A program made the position numbers and the translations under genes. Positions 23,008 through 35,490 of a stretch of DNA of 64,000 nucleotides are shown here, piece after piece. The DNA is from Klebsormidium nitens (taxonomy: Eukaryota > Plantae > Klebsormidiophyceae): the NCBI GenBank assembly GCA_000708835.1, contig DF237210.1, positions 56,703 to 120,702 of the forward strand. The letters run 5' to 3'. The notes beneath the pieces were generated by a model that did no database searches, was not told the DNA's origin, and saw nothing but the letters and a program-made list of their open reading frames with translations. The first letter of the stretch is position 1; each line of letters starts with the position of its first letter.

Positions 23008-25472
23008 TCACCGCTCCTTCAGTTCCTCCTCAAAGATCGATAGCCTCTCTACAATAGCAGGTACAAGGGCGCTAAAAGCTGTTCGTATCGACACCTTGGA
23101 ATCTGTAGTCAAGACCTTACTGCTATCAAACGTCGTCTCCACCTGCAAGCATGGTCGAGCAGGTTCCTAACGGCAGAACCTCGCTGATAAAGCGTTTTTC
23201 AAGACAAGACAGAACCAATGAACAGATAAAGCCTGACCATGAAGGGTCGGGGTTGACTGAAAGAGAGCCTTAAACGACCCGAACACCCATGGCTCTTCGC
23301 TAAGCACTATCGAGCTTGATGACTGAAGTACATAGAATAAAGATGACCAGAACCGAGGAGATCGGCAGTGTCTCTGGTCAAGGTTGCAAAAACTGCATTC
23401 AGTTGCTGCTCGTGGTCAATGCGCATTCTTTGCTTCCGAAAGAAAACGACGAGAGTGTGAAACGAACTTCAGGTCAGATGGTGTCAACAACTCATCTTCG
23501 AGGGCCTCTTGTTATGGACAATTAAATAGCTTCGTTGGTCATTAGAAAGGCAAACCAGCGCTTAACGGTTTTGAAGTCCGCTGAAAAACTGACTAGCAGC
23601 AGTCGGCAATCTGCTGCCTGCAACCTGCAGATCGACTTTTCGGATAACCGACTTAGGAAGTGTCTTAATTTGTCATCCGAGGGGCACTCGATAGTATATT
23701 CCATAGACAACACTTTAAAGACAGAAGGACTTGGACAAACCTCAGACCCACCGGAATGTTCTGGTGGCCGTTTTGTCCGTTTGGATTCTGTCCTTCCACT
23801 CGGATCATTCACAAATTCTCGTGCAAGAGCCTTAAAAGGCAGTCTCACACTTCAATCCAATGAGCAGAGAAAAACAACCCTGAAAGAAAAGAGCATCAAG
23901 TAATGCATCCTCACCGTGACCTCATCGAGCTCCCCGAAGGCAGCCTCTGGTATTTTCAGCATGCCAGTCACTTCTTCCTCTTTGAATGTACCTGCAAAGT
24001 GAAATAGTGGTGTGAAGTCGTATTGTCGAACAGACCAACTCTTGATTTGAACGCAATTGAAGACATACGTCTTTCTCCTTTGCCTGCTTCTGAAGGACGT
24101 CGAGCAATAAACACTGATAAAGTCATATGCTGACATCCTGTGTGGCTACACAGCGGCTTACCTTTCCACTTCAGATCGATCTCAAAGTGGTAACCACAGC
24201 GTCGCTTGCCACGCACAAAAAATTGTGTCGCCTGCAGAAGAAGCAAATGCATAGATTCAGATCACTTATCCAAGTTCCTTCACCTGTTCAACTTTTCTCC
24301 TTGCGATTGTGAAGAAAAGTACATGCCGGGCCCGGACGGGAAGTGACAGTATCTAAACAAAGCAGTACTTTCAAACAGAGCGACTCAAACCAACGACGCT
24401 GCTAGCCGTTCATAACTGTAATCTTGACCATATTGCTACGTCTAAGCATGAGACTTAAGGAGTCAGCAGAGGTTGGTGCAGGTGCCTCGTTCAGTGACCA
24501 GACGAAGGCTTCTCAAGAAGATCTCTCCAATCAATTCTTCATCATCAGCGGCGTGTTGCTAGTGCAGTTGCAGAAACAAGTCACACTCTTGTCTTGCACT
24601 TTCTTTTAGATATCACCTTCATTCAAGAATAGCTTGATGTCAAGGGAACTCACATCACCAGTGCAGGATGACATCTCCGTGACTCTTGCCCTCCCTTCCG
24701 GGAATGAGATCTCGTCCAACTCCTTCAGCAGTTCTCCTAAACGGTCCTTGCCCCAGGCGGTCAGATTCCTTTCCTCCCACGTGCCAGCCTGGAGGAAACA
24801 TCGACACAATCGGTCTGGTTAAGCACGATTGCCAACACCCCAAAAATAGTGATGAATATGGCTGGACCCTTCGACCTCCTGACTGATAAAGTCACGATTC
24901 GATGAAAGCGGAGGAAAGTAAGGTAATGCAGAACTGTCACATGCATCGTGGCGGCCGAGTATTTTGGAGACCTAGCTTCAAGCCTGCGAAAATCAGAACT
25001 CTGTGGCTTATCAGAAAGGAAGAGGAAACTCAGTACTGTTTTCCATATGAGCATTCAGAAATTGGCTGCCAAGTCGAGACAACTACCTTTTGCTGGATGA
25101 GGGCACCTGAACTCAAAACCTCTTCCTTGGCATCGCATATGGCTTAGTAAGAGTAATGTACTGACAAGCTCTGAAAAACACCAACTTCTCTGGCGTCCCC
25201 ATTTGATCAATGAGAAGCTTGCGTACACAAGCGACGAGTAGATTGATGAAATAGCGGTTTCCTTCTACCTTGTTCCAGGCGCTTCCTCCCGAGCTGGGTC
25301 CCGCCTGTGCAGTTTGTGCCAACTCCTCTTGACTCAATTTCTTGGGCACCGGCTTTGGCGCCGGAGCTTCCACCCCATCGCCAGGCTTCCCTGTCCAGTA
25401 CCTGTAGCCCAAAGCTGCATCAGCTTTGTTGCTTGAGCCTGCAACCTCGCCAGAGCCGGTGGGCGGCTCCAT
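23008..25472 (-). CDS. Activator of Hsp90 ATPase N-terminal-domain (Aha1_N) protein, plant type, 5 exons
   Basis: MEPPTG...LGYRYWTGKPG...GGSAWNK|AGTWEERNLTAWGKDRLGELL...RVTEMSSCTGD|ATQFFVRGKRRCGYHFEIDLKWK|GTFKEEEVTGMLKIPEAAFGELDEVT|VETTFDSSK...RLSIFEEELKER*. The SAWN-x-AGTWEE motif and G-D-A...R-x-K pattern match the Aha1 N domain as I recall it. Stop at 23008-23010. Confidence 0.85.
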
Positions 25473-26204
25473 GTTCTCTACCTACCTATGCAGCAGTATG
25501 CTAGGTACCTAGAGAAATGCTGTGCCGCTGCGCCTTGTTGAGCTGCAAAATGCAGCGCAGCTAGGTAGCTGTGGACCAGAGTGTGGTGCAGTGTGGGCTT
25601 AGTGTGGGCTGCATTCCTCGAAACTTGCAAAATTCCTTGACTCCCCACGATAAATCATTTTGAATTGTCTGTGAATCTTGAAGGGACTGTGGATGTACGA
25701 ACTCAAAAGAGGAAAAACCAAAGTAGAACCTGGCTACCGGATCGGCTTTGATCCCCAATGTTTGTGTGTGATTCTTTTTGCATGTCATTGTTATTTTTTG
25801 GTTCTAGCATAAATTTGCACCTCAAGCTTCTCCGCATTTGAGGAATTATGGAATCATTGCTGTAGAATTCTGTATACATACGGTACTCCCGCACCCTTTC
25901 AACTCTGAAAGCGGGACAGGCGAGCTGCACATCCGTGCAATGTCCTGACGTCAATGTGGCCCCGAGCGCTTCAAGCCTTCATCTTTGAAGCAGAGAATGC
26001 AGCTTGAAAGCCGAGTACTTCAGCAAAGATGTGTGCAAGTGTTTGTGCAGACTAGCAGCTCCTTTTGGACTATCATCTTATTCATAGCGGCGCTGAAGCC
26101 GGAACTTAGGGCAAAGTTGAGAAATCTTGTATAACGTGATGTGGTGTTGGTGAGCTGGGCTGCAAAAAAAGTGACTCTGTTGCTGGAACTGTGACAGCTA
26201 TGCA

Positions 26205-29200
26205 ATGAACATGGCCTCAAGTTCCTACAGCAGTGATAATCAGAGCGCAGTGGCAGAGGGACTGTGGCAGCTTGCTGATGAGTTTGAGGCCGAAGGAGAT
26301 GTCCCAGCCACCGTCAAGTAAGCTGCAGAACATTCTGCTTATCATACTCTTCATCATTAAGGACACGTCCTTGGTTGTTGTAGATATCGTTTCTTTGATC
26401 TTACCTCAATTGGCTAGCCCTGTTCTGTGGCTCCCCGTCGTTCAACTCCACACGGTTCAAGCATGATCTCTGTAACCCTTCAACTCTTTATCTTGTTTGT
26501 GAGCCTCAACTGTGTAGCTTATCAGTTGCCATAGATGATTGCAACTTTAGTCAAGACGTTTGCTGGTAGGATCTTTTGAGAATCTTTAGTGGTGGTAGAG
26601 TTAAGCGAGAAACGTGGAACAAACACCCTTGTTAAGGCCACAGGGAATCGAAAAGGAGATTTCTTTTTGACAGGTGCCTGGAGGCAATCTGTCAGAGTGA
26701 GCGCTCGTTCTTGCCGCTGGTTGAAGTCAAGACAAGGCTTCGCTTGGCCACTTTCCTCTTCGACCACACCAACAACATAGCGCAGGCCAGGAGCCATCTT
26801 GAGAGAGCGGTGAGCCCCGTGCAACAATTGTTGAGTCGATTCTAGGCCATGGTTTCTATTCATTGGTTTGATCAAACATTGGTGCAAGCCCCAGTGTAGC
26901 TAGTCTATCAGGGCCTTCCCGTATGGCTTTGTCACTCCAAGTTACACATCAAACATCTGACAGGATGCTTGGCTTTGGATTGCAGAACGCTCCTTTTGAG
27001 GCCTAGAGCAAGCAAGGAGTCCAGCCCCCTGTACAGTCATTGGCTCTGCCTTTTTAGAACACTGATTTAGAATCCCGAGAGTTTTCTGCCAGCCTTTTTC
27101 GTTCTTCTTTTCTCACTGAGTCTGAGCTCTGTTGTGCAGCAAATGCTGTTGAAAAACGTCCCTGGGAACGTGGACCTCAAGTGCTGTGTCCTCTCTCTCC
27201 TGAGCCACTGCTACCAGGCGCTCGACTCCAGGAACCTCCGGAAGCAGGTCCTACAGAAGGGCTGTGAGCTGCTCTCGCAAGCACAAGACTGGTAAGTGCT
27301 TTCGCCTAGTGGTTGGCCATACACCCTTCAACATCCCCTACACGTTTCGGATCTTTGTTTCTTCCATCAAAACCAAGAAAAAGTGAGTTTTTTTACCGAA
27401 GGGGTTTTTGCACAGACTATGTATAATCCATGCCCTCAAGGCCTGGAAAGCAAAGATGTGCCATCAATGTATTCTCGTCGCAGCTTGGGAGGTCTGGAAG
27501 GATGACGAAAGCCTCTTCGAAACTGGAAAAGTATTTGGAGATCTGTCCCGTTTTCCCCCCATTTAGGCTTCATTCAGAGACCGAGGGGATCCGTCACCAT
27601 CATCTAACGAAGTCAGAGCTTCCCATCTTGTGAAACTGCCGTGCTGAGTGATGTTTTCTGATCCTGATCTCGTGCATGAGAAGGAACTGACAAGTGAAGT
27701 CCGAGCTCTCAATCTGAACACGAACGCAAGGCGCCAAACACCTCCTCTGCGTCAGTTTACGAACACTGACTCGTCTGGCGTGCGGGTGGACATGTGCAGG
27801 GAGGGCGCCCCTCTGTGGATGTGCAACTTCCAGATGCAGCTGATTGGTGCGAGTCTACAAGAGGGCGAGCCTGAGGCCGCCATAGCCTGCGCCCGCACTG
27901 GCCTCGAGCAGGCGCAACAAATGAACAATGCTCCCCTGCAGGTGAGCCATTGATAGTATAGGCACATCACAGTTTTACTCTTGATGTTACAGCATCTTCC
28001 GCACTGTCCTTCTGTGCCGGTGGGGATTCAGAAGCGCCTGTTGCTACCTAGACATACTCAGGGAACACCCGATCCAGTATTCGTTAGTCTTGTTCTCCCC
28101 ACTCTTTTCTCCATTCGAGCCAGCAGTTATCATTCTCGGAGGGCCTATTGAATGAAAGATTGCCTGAATCTAGCATGGCCGATGTCTCGCGGGCCGGTAA
28201 GCAGTCTATCCCATTTTTCACCCATGCTAGCCGGTGCATTGAACCGAGCTTGACATGGATGCCTCACCCCCAAAACCTGCCACTCCGCTAGTTTATCACG
28301 AACAACCAGACTGAAATGCGGGCTCGTTGTCTACCCCCGCTTCAGCAAATGTTGTGCGGCTTGATTCAGGGACGAATAGGGCGAGGAAAATGTGAAAAGA
28401 GACGAGGATTGTGCAAACAATCGGGGTTAGAAAACAATCCACATAAACGGTTTTTCGATCGTCCCTGCAGTTGCTGTTCGCTGCCACGATGCTCCACGCC
28501 CACATGTGCACCTTCCAGAACCCCCGGGAGTTGGCTGCGGCCGCTGACATGTGCGATCAGGCTTGGGTGAGCATGACGGTGCCCGAGAGGGAGGCATATG
28601 CCGGGCTGAGCGTGTACCACCGGCTCCTGCGGGCGGCTCACTGGCTGAGCGTGGCGGAGTACGGCAAGGTCAAACCGCACCTCAACGGTGGGCCGTCATC
28701 TCAAGTTCGCTCTGCTTGAGCCTCTCTCCACCCTCTGAGCACTGCAAATTGGTTGCTGAGGCTTCGCTTTCAAAGAAAAGGTTGAGGGCTTATCTTCGTT
28801 CCTCGTAAACATGAGATTGCCTCTTTCAATCGAAGGCTGCAGCACGAAGACCGCCTTTTTGCCTTATGCGAAGAGCACGATCCGGCAACGAATACTCCCA
28901 TCGCTTGATTGTCTAGCCGTCGCTTCCTTCGAAGCTGTTCAGTAATGAGGGCCAACTCCCGTCACGATCCTCTGTAACCTTTTGAAGCAGAGTCATTCCA
29001 AATCGCAATGTCAATTTTCAACGTGTCCGCCGAAGAGCTCGACTACACTTTTCGGTCTAACTTTCTGAAGCTGAGTTGATGAATGGCAACGTCGAACTCC
29101 GACAATTTCTTTGCAGAGCTCGACTCGACTCTCCGGTCCTTCCGAGCCCGCCAAGCTGCCACCTACTCTACCCCCCCGCCTTCTGAGAAGCACCCCGTCA

Positions 29201-32200
29201 GTGCCAACGGCTTCCACTCGTCACCTTCTGGCCAGCCATATCCTTCAAACAACACCCAAGCTGCAAACGCCCCTCTTCAAACCCGGTCCAAAACTTTTGA
29301 CCTGAACGAAGCTCCGGACCGGTCGGACGGCGCTGGTCCGAGCGGCCGCCCGGAGACGCGAGTGCCTGGGCGAGGGCCCGCCTCAGGTACGCTTACTGAT
29401 TTGCTCAATGCCTTACGGCTGCTTTTAATGAAAGATCGTCGTGCTCAGGGTGCGTTCCGTGCCTTGATCCAGCTTTCCTCGTACGGCGCTCCTTCGAGCA
29501 TACGGAACGTCTTATTTTGCCTTTCCTCTCTTGAACTCAATTCACGCTTATTAAGAGCCTCACATGCCAAGCTATCTGCCCAAATTGACCGTACAAATCT
29601 CCGGAAGTCTCTACCGCGATTCTGGAGGACAATTTATTCATTTCGGAGCCTCTCCCATGCTCTATCGCCTTTGCGAATGAAAGCATCCGGCAATGATCCC
29701 TCAGGAACAAGCCTGCCGCTGGGGCCACCGCCGTTGGACTCGGAGTGGCTGCCGCTGACTGCCGCCGAGGGGCTCGCCGCACTGATGTGGGCGCTGCACG
29801 AGCGACCCGCGGGGACGTCGTTCAAAAAGTGCCTGGAGCGGATCAGGCCTGCAATAGAGGCGACCCGAGGTACGCTCACCACTGTTTAGCTTTGTTCTCT
29901 TCAGGGATTCCTTTAACAAGCCGCATTTTGCCGCTCGCTTTGAGTTAGACTTCGTGGAGCGTTCTGTGATGCCGCTTTGACGGTTACTCGTGTGAGTAAG
30001 TTGTTGCTGATCACTTGCACCAGTTTCAAAATGAGGGAACCAGTCAGTTTTGGGCAACCTCCACCCGTTGCATCGATTTTGGACGGACGACTCGACGTTG
30101 CTGCCGCTTCGAGCCTTTGAAGCACAAAGATGGAGTGATTACTGCTTCGATTGCGTTTTGCGCGTCCGAGGTCACGTTCCCACCAAAGTTGGTCAAAACG
30201 GATGCATCATCGCTTAGGTATGTTTTGTTCAATTGATCCCCAATATCTCCTGTTGACGGGTCTTCTTATCTTCGCTTATACGTACACTTCGTTTCGTGTT
30301 GCAGCGGCGCTCCAAGCTGCTGGCATCACCCCTTCCTCTACGTCCAAGAGCGTTTCCGCTCAGGCGTACTGGGACGCGCAACCTTACCTCATTCTACTGC
30401 AACATCTGCTTGAGGTCAAGGCCGGCATCGAGCTGACGCAGTGTGACGTCAGGGACGCGCAGACTGTGAGCGGCGTCAGCCCTTTTTGCGGTGCTCCTGC
30501 TTCTTGCCTCCGGGCGTGCTCGACGTAGTATGTATATTGCCTGATTGGTTTCACACGAGTCATGATTATAGCTCCTGCTGTCAATTTACTCATTGAAGCT
30601 CCTCGTACGTTCAGCACCTTCTCGGCGACGTTCCTCAAGCCGAAGATTGCAAATACTTGATCTCGAATATCTGAAAATGAGCTGTTTCGAGCTTACCAAA
30701 TATCCGAGCAGACTAGTTTGGGAGGCACCTAATTCCTTGGCTCATTCTTACACTTGGACCGCAAGGCTTCCCCTTGGAAAGACTTCATCGGCCGGCGGGT
30801 GAAGCGGGTTTTTGCGTGGCCACTCCCATTGTCTTGACATGACCCAAACTTCCTGATAGGTCTGCGTTAGGAGTAGAGCGAAGGTGTCTGGTCGCATGGG
30901 CGGAATGTGATTCAGGTTTCTTGTCTTAGCCGTATCAGAACGAACTCGCGATAAGTTCTCGTTCCCCGAAGCATTGTCTGACTCAGACCCGTCGTTTGCC
31001 TCTCCAACAGACGATCGCCGAGGCCATCGACCTTTTCAGCCGCTTCCCGACGCACGATGCGCTGCAGAGCCGGATCCAGGTCTTGGTGGGGCAATACGCG
31101 CTCACGGTGGGAGACTTCCAGGCGGCGGTACAGCACTTCCAGCTCGCGGCTGCGGTGAGGCTTCGGCAGCCTGCAAGGAAGTTAACAGTTAACAGTTGAT
31201 ATAACACTTTTAAGGAAACTCTTTCGGTCCGCTTGCGAAATCCAGCTCTTTCCCTAGTGTTAAGGCAGGGATAGGAGATGAAAGGCAGGCAGGAGAGTGA
31301 AGCCGTCCTTGGCAGGCAACTGAGTTCGCGTGTATCGGCAATTGTCTGTTTTTCTTACGCGGTTCAGTGATTGATCATGAGAAGCGTAGTGTGCCTATCT
31401 GTGTTTCTCATGCACCGAGAAAGTTGGCGTTTCCTGGCCACTCACGAACGCCCAGGATCTTTCTTCCACTTTTGTTAACAAACTCAAACGCGGACGGAGC
31501 AGCGCTCTTATATTTTGTTGGCCCAACTTGAAAACTCTCAAGTAAATGTCATGAATCTCCAAAAGCTCAGCCCAAAGTCTCTGTAAACACCTTTGAAACA
31601 TGCATGTGGCCAACTCAAACCCTCACCATCTCCACGGACCCTCCCGAAGCAAACCCAGGTCCTCTTATTAAACGCCAAACGTTCGTTGAGATGAACCCCA
31701 TTGAAACAACATTACGCTCTGCTTCACCGACGCCTCATAACCAACTCATTTCTTTCGAATCTCTTACGAAGCGTTTCGAGCTCAATCTCGTGCAGGCACT
31801 GTCTCATTTCGCAGGGCTTTAATACCACCAACTTGGACCCTCTCAAAAGCTCTACGGACGATCTTAAAGTCAACCTCGTGCAGGCAACGTCTCTTCCGTC
31901 ATCACAACCCCTCATGATAGAAACTGAGACCCATTTGAAACCTGACGAGGTTGTCCGAACTTCTCTAGTGCACGCAGCGTCTCTTGTCTTCTCACAAACT
32001 TCCATGAAATCTGCAAAGGGCTTGAAATTGAACCCCGGGCAGGCAACCGAAGACTCGCACATTCGGACGGTCATGGAGATCCAGATCCAATCTCCTGCAG
32101 GCAACGGCTCATGTTCTTGCACGAACCTTCTTCAGCGTCTCGAGCCTCTCGGAAACCAATCAAACTGCCTGAATCTCTTAATCCCTACAGCCCAGCCAGA

Positions 32201-35200
32201 CTGCCTTGCAGGCAACGATGGACCGGGCGGCCGGACGCTCGTGACTATCCAGACTGCCCTGGCGCTTCTGTCCACAAAGTTGTTTCTCATTCATTCATCT
32301 CGTATTGTACCAACACAGACCCTCTTATTGCGGGCGAGGATTGGCCAATCTAGCCCTAGCTGATGAGATCTCGGACCAAGAACAAAGCAACTTGCTCTCT
32401 AAACCAACCTGCATCATGCTTGCAATAAGTACCTGCACATACTACTTGGATACCCATTTACCAACACAGACCCGCTTTCCCGCATTAACCCCGTGCAGGC
32501 AACAGAAGATTCGGACGCCCGGACGCTGATACGATCCAGACTGCCCTGGCGCACCTGTCGCTAAACTTGACCCCGTGCAGGAACGTCTCATTTCTCATTT
32601 ATTTCGTGTAGTTCCGACCCAGACCCTTTTAAAAGTTGCTTTGAACCCTGCGCAGGCAACGGAAGATGCGGACGCCCGGACGCTCATCACTATCCAGACC
32701 GCCTTGGCGCACCTGTCCGCAAATTCGGACGCCGATCGGAGCGCCGCGGTCGACCTGGTGACCCCCCTGGTGCAGGAGAGCGCGCTGCCGCGCCTGCGGG
32801 CGCGCGTGCATTCGGCTGCGCTGTTTGCGTCGAGCATGCTTCAGGCGCTGCAAGGGCAATACCAGGAGGCCCGGTAAGAATGCGCCCTTGCATAATCGTT
32901 ACACTGGTGGATTTTTGATACCAGATTGGGATTCGTTGATCGGTGCAAGCCTCTAGTCTCACAGCAGTGTTAAGAGCTACAGTTGTCACGCTCAAAGATG
33001 CCGTGGCATGAAGGTTAAATTTAGCTGTAGAGTAGTGAGTATAGAGGGAGTGTCACCCAACAGGACTTCGGATGTTTTGCCTGCACGAGATTGCTCCTAT
33101 CACTGTCTTGGATACATGCGTAACAGCCACTGGTGAATTGAGCACAGTTGTCAGACAAAGCTTTCGTGTAATCACGTGCCTGGATGTGCATGCGGAATTG
33201 AGCACCGCTCGTGGACTTCGGCTGGGAAGCCTTCTTGGGGTTCAAGTTTTCAATGCTTCTTAAGCAGAGGCGCTGGCTGAAGTTGTAATGACTGCTAGAG
33301 GACTTCTGAGGTCCGATGCCGATATTCGCTCGTGTAGGCGTTCCAGAGGAAAACAGGTGTTATGCCCGAGTTGGGTGCTTCAGTCAGTTGTCCTGCAAGG
33401 GAGCATGTTTTTGAATTGTGAACGTAATTCCTCGGTACACGTGTGAAATAGAAGCGGAATATCGGGAATCAATCACACCCCCCTTTGCTCCGCAGCTTTC
33501 AGACTGTGCGCGGCCGCAGAATGACCCACAAGCAGCTGCGTTTGTCTGTTTTTCATTACTCTTGGTAGAAAGAGATTCCGGGAGCACTTCGTGATGTGGG
33601 CAATCCTTTCCAACCTCCGCCCAGGTTCTAGATCGAGGGCGGCCTAAAGGAGGCCCACAAGCAGCTGATGATGTGTCTCTTGTGAACCCCTTGCAAGAAG
33701 GAAATAGTCGAAAGCCCTGAAGGTCAGGGCTTCGAGACACTCTTTTCGGACCCAAAAACCTTGAAAGAACAACGTTTTCGACTCCGCCCAGGTCCCAGAT
33801 TGGGCTCGGCCTAACGCAAGCCCATAAGCAGCTGATGTTGTATCTGTCATAATCTCCTCGCAAGGAAAGAAAGGTCAGGAAGCCCTGAAGATTAGCGCTT
33901 CGAGTCACCCATCTTTGTTCAACAAACCCCTGAAGAACATCCTTCGACTCCCGCCCAGGTTCANNNNNNNNNNNNNNNNNNNNNNNNNNNNNNNNNNNNN
34001 NNNNNNNNNNNNNNNNNNNNNNNNNNNNNNNNNNNNNNNNNNNNNNNNNNNNNNNNNNNNNNNNNNNNNNNNNNNNNNNNNNNNNNNNNNNNNNNNNNNN
34101 NNNNNNNNNNNNNNNNNNNNNNNNNNNNNNNNNNNNNNNNNNNNNNNNNNNNNNNNNNNNNNNNNNNNNNNNNNNNNNNNNNNNNNNNNNNNNNNNNNNN
34201 NNNNNNNNNNNNNNNNNNNNNNNNNNNNNNNNNNNNNNNNNNNNNNNNNNNNNNNNNNNNNNNNNNNNNNNNNNNNNNNNNNNNNNNNNNNNNNNNNNNN
34301 NNNNNNNNNNNNNNNNNNNNNNNNNNNNNNNNNNNNNNNNNNNNNNNNNNNNNNNNNNNNNNNNNNNNNNNNNNNNNNNNNNNNNNNNNNNNNNNNNNNN
34401 NNNNNNNNNNNNNNNNNNNNNNNNNNNNNNNNNNNNNNNNNNNNNNNNNNNNNNNNNNNNNNNNNNNNNNNNNNNNNNNNNNNNNGACTCCCGCCCAGGT
34501 TCAGATCGGGGGCGGCCTAAAGCAAGCGCACGAGCAGCAGATCTTCGATTTCTTGCGAATCTTTTATAAGGAAGAAATTTCCGAAGATTAGCGCTTCGAG
34601 ACACTCATTTTTGAACAGATTGCGAAAAAGACAGTGCTTCTACTCTCGCCCAGGTTCCAGATCGGGCGCGGCCTAAAGCAAGCCCACAAGCAGCTAGGCA
34701 ACCACCAGCTGGTATCGCAGTTCTTGGCCATGCTGGGCAGTGTGAATAGGGCCCTGAACGACCTTCCAACCGGGAGCGACGTCCTTAAGAGCGCGTTCAC
34801 ACTCGCCAAGTCGGAGCACGACCTGCTGACGCAGATCAGCGCGCTTGAGGAGATGGCCAGTGAGTCGTGTTCACCGCGTTAGATTCGGCCGACTCGTCTC
34901 GTTCTGTACTGCTCGCTCAAGAACCGGGGTTTCATTGCAGAGAGAGAATAACTAGTCTCTACTGCTGTTGGTTTTTGATACAAACTACGCTGGGACTTTG
35001 GTAACGTGACTCCCGGGATAGACGGGTAGAGAAGGAGGAAGGACCGACTGGGAGAATCTCCTAGGTACTGATCGGCAACAACATTCCCAAACCTCATGGC
35101 AAACCTTGATTACAACTCTGAACATGTGCCAAGCTAACCACGAGCATTGGAAAACCTGGGCTGTCGTGCTGTTGCTAGGCGGCAGTCACTCAGCCGGTTC

Positions 35201-35490
35201 TCTTCGCCATTTTGTTGTGTAGAGCTTGCTGGCAAGTATCCAATCTGCGAAAGCGGATTATCGGCGTTGGCCCCTCGGCCGCTACTTTACGCATGCTCTT
35301 GTCAAATAGCTGATCTTATCTCCATTTCCGGGCTACAGACATTGCCCGACTTGAAAACAACCAGGCTCACTTGGAGGAGGCCGCGAGCGGGCTGCAGAAG
35401 AAAAGAACGGAGTTCCGGGGGCAGGTCCAAGCGGCGCTGAGCACCCCCCTGCACGCCGCCCTTCTTCAGGCACGTGCTGGCTTATCATAA
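26205..35490 (+). CDS. MAU2: Cohesin loader subunit MAU2/SCC4 (TPR-like), about 12 exons
   Basis: [24 protein letters not shown]|[45 protein letters not shown]|QMLLKNVPG...LSHCY closely parallels the plant SCC4 N-terminus. Later exons include [21 protein letters not shown] and [25 protein letters not shown]. The final exon and stop (35488-35490) are less certain. Confidence 0.92.
31770..32720 (+). repeat. Degenerate tandem copies of splice acceptor plus exon start (MAU2 intron)
   Basis: Motif (aaccccgt)GCAG|GCAAC.. recurs with CAG at 31793, 31881, 32040, 32098, 32209, 32496 and 32578; the true acceptor is CAG at 32653-32655. Confidence 0.8.
33490..34700 (+). repeat. About 165-bp tandem array containing acceptor plus exon start (MAU2 intron), interrupted by a gap
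   Basis: CCGCCCAG|GTT..AGAT.GGG..CGGCCTAA with CAG at 33622, 33789, 33956 and 34496; the true acceptor is at 34651-34653. Confidence 0.85.
33964..34485. other. Assembly gap (N run) inside a tandem array
   Basis: Run of n characters, flanked on both sides by GACTCCCGCCCAGGTTCA. Confidence 0.97.

Noticed and set aside
31701-32363. 220-aa + strand ORF inside MAU2
   Set aside because: It lies in the echo array; the partial similarity to the next exon ([11 protein letters not shown]) comes from duplicated exon edges, and the flanking true exons splice in frame without it.
33384-34604. ORFs of 406 and 201 aa
   Set aside because: They span the N gap inside an intronic tandem array.
31770-34700. 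CRISPR-like appearance of conserved motifs with variable spacers
   Set aside because: Eukaryotic introns, degenerate repeats derived from adjacent splice junctions, related rather than unique spacers, and no cas genes.
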